Part shown: positions 1-9,449 of the stretch, one piece after another | How the letters are laid out: each line of letters starts with the position of its first letter | Numbering within the stretch: the first letter of the stretch is position 1 | Assembly: GCA_048938005.1 (NCBI GenBank) | Contig: JBHLMQ010000008.1 | Span: forward strand, 43,224-107,223 | Origin: Promethearchaeota archaeon | GTDB lineage: Archaea; Asgardarchaeota; Lokiarchaeia; Sigyniarchaeales; SOKP01 | Length of the DNA stretch: 64,000 nt | Direction: 5' to 3' | Made by a program: the position numbers and the translations under genes | Notes under the pieces: generated by a model | What the model saw: the letters and a program-made list of their open reading frames with translations, nothing else | Told to the model about the DNA's origin: nothing | The model's database searches: none

Positions 1-1080
1 TTTTTTGCAGTCAATGACAAAGTTTTAGAATATACGGCAATAAAATTGATTCATATCACGAAAGGGAATAACAGGTTATTTTTCTATATGATTTGTCTGT
101 TTACAGGTATAATCGTAGCCTTTATAGAGGATTTAACCCTTTCTTTGATATTGATTCCATTGATCTACAGGACATGCCGAGTTTTAGAGATACCTGCGGG
201 CACTTATATGATGGGGATGACCATTACAATAAATGTTGGTGCAATACTCACGCCCGTCTCTAGCTTAAAAAACCTAATAATTGGTCAAACTTTTGGGTGG
301 GGTTTTGGTGAGTATCTTGCCAATATGGGCATTTTGTTTGTAATCACGTTAATATCCACCATTTTCTTGATTGATAGGTTCATATTGAAAAAAGAAGAAA
401 AACCAACTGAACAAAACAAAAAGATTTTATTATCAATGCTAGAACCTGAAATTGTTATTGAGAATAAAAAATACTTCTTGATGACAGTTATTATTGTTTT
501 AACTACTTTTGTGTTCATGTTCTTCGGATTTGAACCTGCACTTGTCGCGATCATATCTGCGGCTATTCTTCTTCTTATTCACTCTAAAGAAATTAAATTC
601 TCAGATCTTAAGAATGATATCTCGTGGAGAATCATCATTGTATTTGCAATCTTATTCATACTTTCGAATTCATTAGCACACTTCGGTTTTTCAGACTTGA
701 TCTCCTCAGGGTTGGTAAACCTTGTAAATAATAACATTTATCTCGCAGTGTTGATAACATTAGGCATCTCTTCCCTCTTATCAGCATTTCTTGCAGGTAC
801 ACCCGTCACCATCATCCTTCTCCCCATTTTTTCGGCACTCATAGGACAAGGTTTCTTTCCGAACCCGATTATCATTGCCTTCATAAGCGGTGTTAATATG
901 GCAGGTAATTTTTTACCGCAAGGTTCTGCCTGTGATCTTCTCACATTATCAATGGCAAAAAAATACAAAGTGCGGAATTTAGATTACAAGCGTTTGCTAA
1001 AAAATGGAGCCCTTTTCGCAACAATTCATTTCTTAACTATTTTAGGATATACAATGCTTTACACTTTAATTTTTAGTTAA
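1..1080 (+). CDS. ArsB/NhaD/CitMHS (ion transporter superfamily) permease, 5'-truncated by the window edge
   Basis: Frame is open from base 1, upstream of the TTG at 46. Many hydrophobic helices, with IT-superfamily motifs 'INVGAILTPVSSLKNLII' and 'NMAGNFLPQGSA'. Confidence 0.75.
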   Translation, partial: FFAVNDKVLEYTAIKLIHITKGNNRLFFYMICLFTGIIVAFIEDLTLSLILIPLIYRTCRVLEIPAGTYMMGMTITINVGAILTPVSSLKNLIIGQTFGWGFGEYLANMGILFVITLISTIFLIDRFILKKEEKPTEQNKKILLSMLEPEIVIENKKYFLMTVIIVLTTFVFMFFGFEPALVAIISAAILLLIHSKEIKFSDLKNDISWRIIIVFAILFILSNSLAHFGFSDLISSGLVNLVNNNIYLAVLITLGISSLLSAFLAGTPVTIILLPIFSALIGQGFFPNPIIIAFISGVNMAGNFLPQGSACDLLTLSMAKKYKVRNLDYKRLLKNGALFATIHFLTILGYTMLYTLIFS

Positions 1081-1294
1081 GAGATGAGAGGATAAACATT
1101 CTCTTCTATATAACTACAATGAAGATAAGGAATTAGATGGTTATATTTATCTCATGATAACTTATAAGAATATTTAAAGTCTGAATATTTAATGCAAATT
1201 TAAGGTAAAATTTATAAATTAAAGGCGGTTATGAGATTAATAAGAAATCTAAAATATTCACAAGTTTAAGTTTTAAATAAAAGGAGGAATTGTA

Positions 1295-1924
1295 ATGTCT
1301 GAGGATTTAATAGATTTAATAGTAAATTTATGTGAGAAGGAAGCTATAGACCTAGTTCAGAAAAAAATTGATGCTGGAGAGGACCCTCTGAAAATTTTAG
1401 AACAAATTAGAATTGCTATGGCTAAAGTGGGAGAGAAATTTGAGAATGATGAATTCTTCTTGCCGGATTTGATCATGGCTGGAGAGATTCTAAGGCAAAT
1501 AACAGAAGTTATAGAACCAAAGCTCAAAACTGGTGCCAAAATCCGGAGTTTAGGAAAAGTAGTTCTTGGGACAGTATTTGGTGATATACACGATATAGGC
1601 AAGGATATTGTAAAATTTATGTTAGAGTCAAATGGGTTTGAGGTCTATGATCTTGGAGCAAATGTCTCAAAAGAAAAATTTGTAGAAAAAATAAAGGAAG
1701 TGAATGCAAAAATAGTAGGCCTGAGTGGATTTTTAACCCTAGCATATGAATCTATGAAAGAAACTATAGAGGAAATTAAAAATGCAGGTTTAAGAGAAAA
1801 AACGAAGATAATGATTGGTGGAGGGCAGATAAACGAGGATGTAAGAAAATATGTGGGTGCGGACTCCTATGGAAAAGATGCAATCGAAGCAGTAGTCCTA
1901 GCTAAAGAGTGGATGGGTGAATAA
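1295..1924 (+). CDS. Cobalamin-binding corrinoid protein (MtaC/MttC-like)
   Basis: B12-binding motif 'GDIHDIGKDIV...GLSGFL...MIGGG' plus cap domain 'FFLPDLIMAG'. GGAGG RBS upstream. Confidence 0.93.
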   Translation: MSEDLIDLIVNLCEKEAIDLVQKKIDAGEDPLKILEQIRIAMAKVGEKFENDEFFLPDLIMAGEILRQITEVIEPKLKTGAKIRSLGKVVLGTVFGDIHDIGKDIVKFMLESNGFEVYDLGANVSKEKFVEKIKEVNAKIVGLSGFLTLAYESMKETIEEIKNAGLREKTKIMIGGGQINEDVRKYVGADSYGKDAIEAVVLAKEWMGE

Positions 1925-1963
1925 TAATATCCTCAGTAGAGAAATTGTAGGAGGTAATAAAAA

Positions 1964-3301
1964 ATGGAAAATAAATGGGAAAATTTATCATTAGATGAAA
2001 AACAGGAAGAAATGTTTGAAAGGTGGTTTTCACCCCAGGGCATTGAATTTGTCAGCCCCAATGCGGAGAACTCGTATAAAGAAAGAGTAATGAGGATAAA
2101 AGACATTGTTCAATTGAAAAAAAAGCCTGATAGAATTCCTGTTGTACTAATGATTGGCTTTTTTCCTGCATTTTACAGTGGCATATCTCCAAAAGAATCT
2201 ATGTATGATTATGATAAACTTTTTGAAGCATGGAAAAAAGTGATTTTAGATTTAGAACCAGATGCTCATATAGGGTGTTTTGTACCTGGTCCAGGAAAAC
2301 TCTTCGACATTCTTGATTATAGATTATATGCTTGGCCTGGCCATGGGGTTTCTCCTAATCTTTCATATCAGTGCCTTGAGGGTGAATATATGAAGGCAGA
2401 TGAATATGATGCCTTTATCCAAGATCCCTCTGGTTTCTTCAGAACTGTCTATTTACCTCGTATATTTGGAACGTTAGAGCCCCTTAAACAGTTAGCACCT
2501 CTCACTAACATAATCGAATTACCATTTACCGGAGGAAATCTTTTACAATATGGCCTCCCAGATGTTCAGGAAGCTTTAAAGGCCCTTATGGAAGCAGGAA
2601 GTGAGGCTTTAAAATGGGTAGGAACTCTCGGAGCGTTTGACAAGGAGATGGCAGAAAATGGCTTTCCAAATTTCTTTGGTGGAGCGTCAAAAGCACCTTA
2701 TGATGTAATAGGCGATACTCTCAGAGGAACTAAAGGGATTATGCTTGATATATACCGGCAACCTGATAAGTTGCTTAAAGCTCTTGAAATAACAATACCA
2801 TTGATGATTAACATGGGTGTATCTATGGCTAAGATGAATGGAAATCCTATAGTATTCATACCTTTACATAAAGGAGCTGATGGTTTTCTTTCTGATGAGC
2901 AATTTAAGACATTTTATTGGCCTTCCTTTAGAAAAGTTCTTATGGGTTTAATAAAAGAAGGATGTGTACCTTTTTCTTATGTTGAGGGTGGTTTTAACTC
3001 ACGTCTTGAGATTATTAAAGATTTACCTAGGGGTAAGGCTATATGGGCTTTTGATTTAACAGATATGGAAAAAGCAAAAGAAATTCTAGGCGACTCTGCA
3101 TGTGTGGGAGGTAATATGCCGATTTCTTTATTAAATTTAGGTACACCCCAAGATGTAAAAGATTATGCTAAAAAATTAATAGATACTGTAGGTAAAGATG
3201 GTGGTTATTTGATGATGAATGGAGCAGTAATTGATGAAGCAAAGCCAGAAAATGTTAAAGCCATGATTGATTTCACTAAAGAATACGGTGTATATAAATA
3301 G
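1964..3301 (+). CDS. Uroporphyrinogen decarboxylase-family protein (methylcobamide methyltransferase-like)
   Basis: 'PDRIPV', 'FLSDEQFKTFYWP' and C-terminal 'GNMP...GTPQDVKDYAKKLID...GGY...AKPENVKAM' URO-D motifs. Directly follows the corrinoid gene. Confidence 0.85.
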   Translation: MENKWENLSLDEKQEEMFERWFSPQGIEFVSPNAENSYKERVMRIKDIVQLKKKPDRIPVVLMIGFFPAFYSGISPKESMYDYDKLFEAWKKVILDLEPDAHIGCFVPGPGKLFDILDYRLYAWPGHGVSPNLSYQCLEGEYMKADEYDAFIQDPSGFFRTVYLPRIFGTLEPLKQLAPLTNIIELPFTGGNLLQYGLPDVQEALKALMEAGSEALKWVGTLGAFDKEMAENGFPNFFGGASKAPYDVIGDTLRGTKGIMLDIYRQPDKLLKALEITIPLMINMGVSMAKMNGNPIVFIPLHKGADGFLSDEQFKTFYWPSFRKVLMGLIKEGCVPFSYVEGGFNSRLEIIKDLPRGKAIWAFDLTDMEKAKEILGDSACVGGNMPISLLNLGTPQDVKDYAKKLIDTVGKDGGYLMMNGAVIDEAKPENVKAMIDFTKEYGVYK

Positions 3302-3386
3302 AAATAATTCAATATTTCCTTTTTTTTTAATATTGAATTTAAGATAATTAGAGAAAAGTGTATATAAGATCATAATTTTATTAAAA

Positions 3387-3580
3387 TTATTCCCTCATTT
3401 CTTTTGGAAGGGTTAAGGTTCCAATAAGAGGATTATTTAATGGATCTTGGCAATATTGCATATAAAATAAATTAAGTCAAATAAAATGCTTGGATCCTCT
3501 CCACTTTTTAATTTATAATCATACAGGGAAAGTTGATATTCTGCCTCTGTTATTTATGGTTATCGCGTAAGAGAAACTCC
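3387..3580 (-). pseudogene. Decayed duplicate of the last ~65 codons of the GCS2-family ligase gene (4553..4746)
   Basis: Hand alignment gives ~85% identity including the stop codon. Many changes are synonymous; there are also two indels and a CCA>TAA nonsense change. Confidence 0.9.
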
Positions 3581-3625
3581 TAATTTTTCTAAGGAATAAT
3601 AATTTTTCCAACATTTATATTATAG

Positions 3626-4450
3626 TTAACCTGCAGTACTTGAAGGGATTATAAGGATTTCGTCTCCATCAACCAAATTGTAGTCCTTTAAGGATAAACT
3701 TTCGTCAAATGTAATACCTCCCGAAACTAAATGAAAATTTAATGGGTTCAATCCATACATATTTCCTATTGTTTCTTTGATTTTACTGATTACATTATTA
3801 GTATCAATTATTAATTTTTGTCTTTTCTCACCAGGTCCTATAGTTGATAAGAAATAGATCGTAATCTTTTTAGCTTCAATAACAGGTTCTTTAGCAGGAG
3901 TCTTGGATTGTATTGATCCGGGTGTTTTAGTTCTGATAGTAAATAAGGTTTTTTTATAAGTATCCTTTTCTTCTTCTTGAATTTCTTGTCTTATCGTTTC
4001 CTCCTCTACTTCAATTATATCTTCCAAACTAGAAAGGGTTGTCTCATTACCCGTCAGAATTCTACTTTTATTTAATTCTTTTATTTCAATTTTATTTAAA
4101 AGTTCATTTAACTGAAAATTTTCTTCTTGTAAGCTTACTATTTCGTCCATTAATGTTTCTGTAATTTTTCTCGTTAACTCTTCTGAAAAAATTCCTATAC
4201 TATCTTGTATTTCTATGACATCGACTCCTCGTATTTGTAATTGTTTATCTAAGTAGAGAATTGTGAGTAAATCGTTTAAATTCCCCTCAGAAGAATGGAG
4301 ATATGCATAGGAAAAAGGAAAACTCGATTTATTTTTGAATAAATCTCTCTGTAATTTTACAGTATGAGTTTTTTTGCATTTTGGGCAATTATATAATCTA
4401 TTCAAAAATTCTGGTTCATTAGAGTTATCTTTATTAAAATTTTCCGCCAT
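3626..4450 (-). CDS. Protein with N-terminal CxxC-containing domain, central coiled coil and C-terminal ubiquitin-like (beta-grasp) domain ending ...IIPSSTAG
   Basis: C-terminal ~80 aa 'ISKIKETIGNMYGLNPLNFHLVSGG...LKDYNLVDGDEILIIP' fits the ubiquitin-fold pattern and ends in Gly. 'CPKCKKTH' near the N-terminus. Confidence 0.75.
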   Translation of the reverse strand: MAENFNKDNSNEPEFLNRLYNCPKCKKTHTVKLQRDLFKNKSSFPFSYAYLHSSEGNLNDLLTILYLDKQLQIRGVDVIEIQDSIGIFSEELTRKITETLMDEIVSLQEENFQLNELLNKIEIKELNKSRILTGNETTLSSLEDIIEVEEETIRQEIQEEEKDTYKKTLFTIRTKTPGSIQSKTPAKEPVIEAKKITIYFLSTIGPGEKRQKLIIDTNNVISKIKETIGNMYGLNPLNFHLVSGGITFDESLSLKDYNLVDGDEILIIPSSTAG

Positions 4451-4552
4451 ATTTACTAAATATTGTTTTTTTATATAATTCTAATGATTTATACCAACCT
4501 GCTCTTAAGAACATTTTAATAGAAAGTTCTCTCATATTTTTTATCAAGATTC

Positions 4553-6205
4553 TTATTCTCTCATCTCTTTTGGAAGAGTTAAAACCCCTGTAAGAGGATT
4601 ATTTAATGGATCTTGGCAATATTGGATGGTAAAATAAATTAAATCATATAATATGCTTGGATTCTCTCCATTCTTTAATTTATAATCATACAGGGAAAGT
4701 TGATACTCCGCCTCTGTTATTGGTGGTTCTGCATAAGAAACACTCCCAAAGACGGACTGAAGCAACGGTTTTAAGAATGGGCTATACAAGAACCCCAACT
4801 CTTTTAAAACATCTTTTAGATAGAAGAACATGCGTTGCACAGCCTGCATCATATATTTTACTGGCTGATTTTCAGGTCCTAAATATTGTTCTGCAAATTC
4901 AGGATCGTATTGTGCAAGTTGTTCCCGTGTAATATTTTGAGGTCGGAATAAAGAAATCAATCCCCTCTCAATTGCCCCTTGACGATTTATTGCAATTGTT
5001 TCGCTCCCCGCATCGGGTACCCAAATTCCCTTTTCTAATAATTTTCTTGCTTTATAACACATCGCCTGAATCAACATTCCAATTCCTATTCTTCGACAAA
5101 TAGATATCTGTGCATCACTAATCCTAACTTCGATCGTACCCCAATCTGTGAAGGGAAATACATCTTGGAAGCGTCCATCCTCTAAACTCGCTTTCTGAAC
5201 AGTTTGGAGGAAATAATTTTGTGAATTCTGATCTGTGGAAGTTAAATAGGGTATATAATATTTTGGATTATTTCCACTTAACATTGTAGTATTATATTTC
5301 AATCTTAATGACCTAACGCAGTTAGGTGCGGTAATTCTTCCGTTAATAATTTTAACAACATCAGTCGGTTTATTATTTAAAATAGGTGAATTGCAGGTGA
5401 GAGCAATAATATGTGGTATAAAATTCCGTATCATACAATATGCTTGAACTTTTTCTATCTCAGATTGAAACGTTCCTAAATGACTATGATCTGCTTGGGA
5501 TACTCCTCGCATATATTCACGGGTTGCAGGATTTATCGCAGATGCGATTATATGTAAGTCTTTTGGTAGAGTAGCTTTTGCTAATAAGAATAGAGTGCTT
5601 GCCCAATATGCTAATTCTTCAATATAAGCACAAGGTGGTGTTACAAGCTCTAATATATAAGTAATTGCCGTTACATTTCCATCTCTTGCAAAAGAATCAA
5701 TATCGACAGAAGAATCTCCCAAAGCATAGCGTAAATTCATAGCATACCCCTTTTCTAGATCATCTCGACCCCAAGGTCTAGCTAAAACTTTTTGTCTAAT
5801 ATAGTCAGGAACGGGTAGAAAATCATCTCTCCCATCATATAGAATTTGATCCATAATTTTAATGGCGTCCTTTACAATTTCTTTCATCCGAAAAACCATT
5901 TCTTCTCCAGGAGGATAATCTCCATTGTCATCGGCAATGATTAATTCCATTTCAATACCATGAGTGAATGGTAAAGGGGTCCAATGTTCAGTATCCCAGA
6001 GCATCTCCGCCCATGGTCTTTCAGGGATATGAACTTCTCGATAATCTGTCCCTAGAAATAATTTATCACCTGATCTGTCTATGCTTTGTCCCAATGAAAC
6101 ACCAATCTTGCCTTTTTTAGCATATAACTGGGAAAAAGTATCAACTTTCTGTCCGGTTTTCTTTTTCTTCTTTTTCTCTTTCTTCTTTTTCTTATCTTTA
6201 GCCAT
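4553..6205 (-). CDS. Glutamate-cysteine ligase family 2 (GCS2) / carboxylate-amine ligase
   Basis: 'HGIEMEL', 'LELVTPPC', 'HSHLG' and 'GTIEVRISD' motifs of the GS/GCS fold. Lys-rich N-terminal tail. Confidence 0.8.
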   Translation of the reverse strand: MAKDKKKKKEKKKKKKTGQKVDTFSQLYAKKGKIGVSLGQSIDRSGDKLFLGTDYREVHIPERPWAEMLWDTEHWTPLPFTHGIEMELIIADDNGDYPPGEEMVFRMKEIVKDAIKIMDQILYDGRDDFLPVPDYIRQKVLARPWGRDDLEKGYAMNLRYALGDSSVDIDSFARDGNVTAITYILELVTPPCAYIEELAYWASTLFLLAKATLPKDLHIIASAINPATREYMRGVSQADHSHLGTFQSEIEKVQAYCMIRNFIPHIIALTCNSPILNNKPTDVVKIINGRITAPNCVRSLRLKYNTTMLSGNNPKYYIPYLTSTDQNSQNYFLQTVQKASLEDGRFQDVFPFTDWGTIEVRISDAQISICRRIGIGMLIQAMCYKARKLLEKGIWVPDAGSETIAINRQGAIERGLISLFRPQNITREQLAQYDPEFAEQYLGPENQPVKYMMQAVQRMFFYLKDVLKELGFLYSPFLKPLLQSVFGSVSYAEPPITEAEYQLSLYDYKLKNGENPSILYDLIYFTIQYCQDPLNNPLTGVLTLPKEMRE

Positions 6206-6329
6206 TGATGTGTTCCCTTTTTATTGCTCTACACTGTTTTCTAATATAATATATTCTTTTTTTCCTTTTTTTAACTTACAATATAAATAATAAATTCCTA
6301 TTTTATAATTTTGGATTATTATCTTCATT

Positions 6330-8183
6330 TTAGAGTAATGATTGTATAAAAGCTTTAAATATGTCATAATCATTGATAAATTCGTAGGATAGAACTAAAT
6401 TGATGATTTTACACTTGTCAGGGGGAAATATTTGTTTTAGATTATCAGAGATTGTACCACCTTTAAATAAAGAATCATCAAAAATCAGATTAATGGTTTC
6501 TCCAAGCTTTTTAACTTTGGAGTAAAAAGATTTATCTAACTCATTGCCGTCTGAAACGATAACAGTAGGTTTCCCTAGATATGGAATAAAATCTAAATTT
6601 ATGACAAACACATGACCTGGAGCATTTCTTATGTTTTTGAAAAATTGCCTTAACGAATTAGTAAGTGTTTTTAACTCATTCTCATTATAATTCTCCTTTG
6701 ATGGAAAAACATAATATGCTATTGATTTATTTAATGAGTATTTTAAATCGTTGTATACACGATCTAGTATTGGAAAAATGCTAAAATCAAAACCGAATAA
6801 GGATAAAAATGTAATATTAAATTTGAAATCATTTATAAGGATATTGCTACTTACATTTCCACCAGTTAAACTAAAATTTTTAATATCATTATTGACAGTG
6901 GAAATATAAGTATTTAACAGGAAATATTGAGAAAAAACTACTTTAGATTCCATTTTTGTTCTAATTTCATCAACCATGACATAAATTACATTGAATAAGT
7001 CCTTCGATATTTTTTCTTTAAGTTCTTGAATAGTTATATTTTTAATAATAGAATCTGCTTTTGTAGTACTATCAATTTCTGCAAGTGCATGGATTGCATT
7101 TTTAAGCAATTTATAACATAATTTCCTGAATTTTTTATTGGTGGAATATTGCTCAAATGATTTTATAGCTATTCCAATAATTGAGTTTAAGATATTAATT
7201 AATTCAGTTCTCGCATCTTCTTCGTACAATTTTTTTGCGATATTGAATAATGTTTTAGCTTTCAGAATACTATCATCAATATTCTCAATTAATTTTAGAG
7301 CTAATAAAGGATTTGATTCAATTATTTTACCAAAAATATTGATTAGAAGATTTTCTTTAATAGAAGGATTTTGAACTAGAATTCCGACTTTTACTGCCCG
7401 TTCTGGATTAATTTGTGCTTGATCTAATGCCAAAAATTTGAATAAATTTTGTTGAATATCTAAATCTTGTAAATTTTTAACTAATTGAAGCATTTCATCA
7501 AAATTTTTAAAAGCATAGGCTCGAACTAAATTCATATAAAAAATAATTTGTTCATTCTTATCGGATAATATAAGTGCGAATTCTAAAGCTTTTAGTGGAT
7601 TATTAATTGAGAGATAACCTTTTGCTAATTGTTTTATATATGCATCTATTTCTTTAAGTAGTTCAGGAGTCTTTGTATTTATAGATTGTAATGAATTATA
7701 ATTATTTTTCAGTGTTTTCAATTGTTCTTCTGCCTGTTTTATTACATCTTCGGTCATATCAATAAAAAATTCTTCTGGATTAAATATTTCAACCGTTTCT
7801 TTAGTACTAAAGGTATACCTTTCTAAAATTACCTTGATTTTACTAGTTTGGACAGTTTCTCTCACTTTTTGTACTTTAACTTTATACTCTATTACTTTAA
7901 CCCAATATACATTAATATTTAATTTCCCAAAACCATCTGCAGTAGGTACTAATTTTATATCTATATTTTTGGCCTCTCCTGGACCAAATTTAATCTCATT
8001 TTTAAGATCTTCTGATTCGAATACAATTTCTAAGTTTTCTCCTTCAAAATTAAATTTAAAATTCTCTAATTTACCCGAATGGTTGATTGCTTGAATTGAA
8101 ATAGCATTATCAATATCTGGAATTAAAAGATTTTGGGGAAATTTGGTTATATTTAAAGAGATGATTTTGTCTGCGTTTGACAT
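6330..8183 (-). CDS. Hypothetical protein: N-terminal beta-sandwich-like region plus alpha-solenoid repeats
   Basis: 617-aa ORF with repeated 'NPxxALxLxxxIxDxxxK'-type helical units. Confidence 0.6.
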   Translation of the reverse strand: MSNADKIISLNITKFPQNLLIPDIDNAISIQAINHSGKLENFKFNFEGENLEIVFESEDLKNEIKFGPGEAKNIDIKLVPTADGFGKLNINVYWVKVIEYKVKVQKVRETVQTSKIKVILERYTFSTKETVEIFNPEEFFIDMTEDVIKQAEEQLKTLKNNYNSLQSINTKTPELLKEIDAYIKQLAKGYLSINNPLKALEFALILSDKNEQIIFYMNLVRAYAFKNFDEMLQLVKNLQDLDIQQNLFKFLALDQAQINPERAVKVGILVQNPSIKENLLINIFGKIIESNPLLALKLIENIDDSILKAKTLFNIAKKLYEEDARTELINILNSIIGIAIKSFEQYSTNKKFRKLCYKLLKNAIHALAEIDSTTKADSIIKNITIQELKEKISKDLFNVIYVMVDEIRTKMESKVVFSQYFLLNTYISTVNNDIKNFSLTGGNVSSNILINDFKFNITFLSLFGFDFSIFPILDRVYNDLKYSLNKSIAYYVFPSKENYNENELKTLTNSLRQFFKNIRNAPGHVFVINLDFIPYLGKPTVIVSDGNELDKSFYSKVKKLGETINLIFDDSLFKGGTISDNLKQIFPPDKCKIINLVLSYEFINDYDIFKAFIQSLL

Positions 8184-8305
8184 ATTTTAAGTGTTAATTT
8201 TGTTCGTTTGACTTATAATGATTCAAATATCTTATTACTTTTTAGGTTTAATAATTATTAACGAGTTATTTATTATAGATTTAAATAATAAAATAAAATG
8301 AAGAT

Positions 8306-9043
8306 TTATCGTCCCATTCGTCTATTTCTTCTAATATAATCTTGTAAATCTTCAATAACCATTTCTTTATTATAATCAGGCCATAATTCATTTCTAAATT
8401 TGAATTCAGCATAAGAAGAATCCCACAATAAAAATCCTGAGATTCTTGCTCCATCATCCATCCCAGTTCTAATTATATAATCTAATGGAGGGAAATTTTT
8501 TGTGTAGAGATATGTTTTAATCAAATCTGTATTGATACCTTCTGGTTTAATACCATCATTGATTATCTTTTTGACAGCATCAACGATTTCTTCATGACCA
8601 TCATACATAATACAAAGATTTATAAAATTTTGATCGTGATCCTCGGTAAATTCTATCAATTCTTCAATTTTCTTCCTTGCTTTCGGTGGTAGCATTGAAA
8701 TTCGCCCAATAGCACTGAACTTAACTTTTTCTTCTTTAACAATTGATTCAGTTATAACAGTATCAACAGCTTTAACCATTATCTTGTAAATATATTCAAG
8801 CTCTTTAAGATTGCGTTTCCTCACATTTTCAAGTGATAAAATATATAAACTTAAATAATGGATCCCGGCATCAAAAAAATCAAATAATCTTTTTTTTAGG
8901 TTCTCATAACCAACTAGATGACCTAAGTTGACATCAAGGTTTCTTTTTTTTGCCCATCGACGATTACCATCGATAATCAGTCCGATATGCTTTGGTAGCT
9001 TATCTTTTGCTGTTCTTTTTAATTCTTCTAAAGTAGTTTCCAT
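8306..9043 (-). CDS. uppS: cis-prenyltransferase (undecaprenyl/polyprenyl diphosphate synthase)
   Basis: 'PKHIGLIIDGNRRWA', 'DYIIRTG...RISGFLLWDSSYAE', 'LWPDY'. Confidence 0.95.
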   Translation of the reverse strand: METTLEELKRTAKDKLPKHIGLIIDGNRRWAKKRNLDVNLGHLVGYENLKKRLFDFFDAGIHYLSLYILSLENVRKRNLKELEYIYKIMVKAVDTVITESIVKEEKVKFSAIGRISMLPPKARKKIEELIEFTEDHDQNFINLCIMYDGHEEIVDAVKKIINDGIKPEGINTDLIKTYLYTKNFPPLDYIIRTGMDDGARISGFLLWDSSYAEFKFRNELWPDYNKEMVIEDLQDYIRRNRRMGR

Positions 9044-9449
9044 CTAACCCATTACATTATTGTAATATTTTCAATATTAATATTAAATATTAAAAATATT
9101 AATTTTATCTAAAAATTTCAGAGAACTATTATTAATCAATCTTTTTATCTCTAATTAAAAAGGGAAATATCTCCCATTTCTCTTATATTCCATGCAAATT
9201 TGATGATTAATGATCCTGCTTTTAAATTCTTAATGTTTACAAAAGAATGATAATAATACTCTTAACAATTAACACTTATAAGAATTTGAACTGTTGAAAA
9301 TATTAATTTGTTGAGAAGTTTTAAATAATTACTTGTACTGAAAAATATAAAATTTATATAAATAACTTTTTGAATAAATAAAAATTACATATAATTATTC
9401 ATTTTTTCATTAGGATAAGGAAAAATTAGCACATTGAGAGACACGGTAA

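Noticed and set aside
3387-4746. Diversity-generating retroelement TR/VR pair
   Set aside because: Mismatches are not adenine-specific, are mostly synonymous and include indels; no reverse transcriptase in the window.
9044-9449. C/D-box sRNA in the uppS-HMGS intergenic region
   Set aside because: A TGATGA is present but with no suitably spaced CTGA or terminal stem; compatible with AT-rich divergent promoter DNA.
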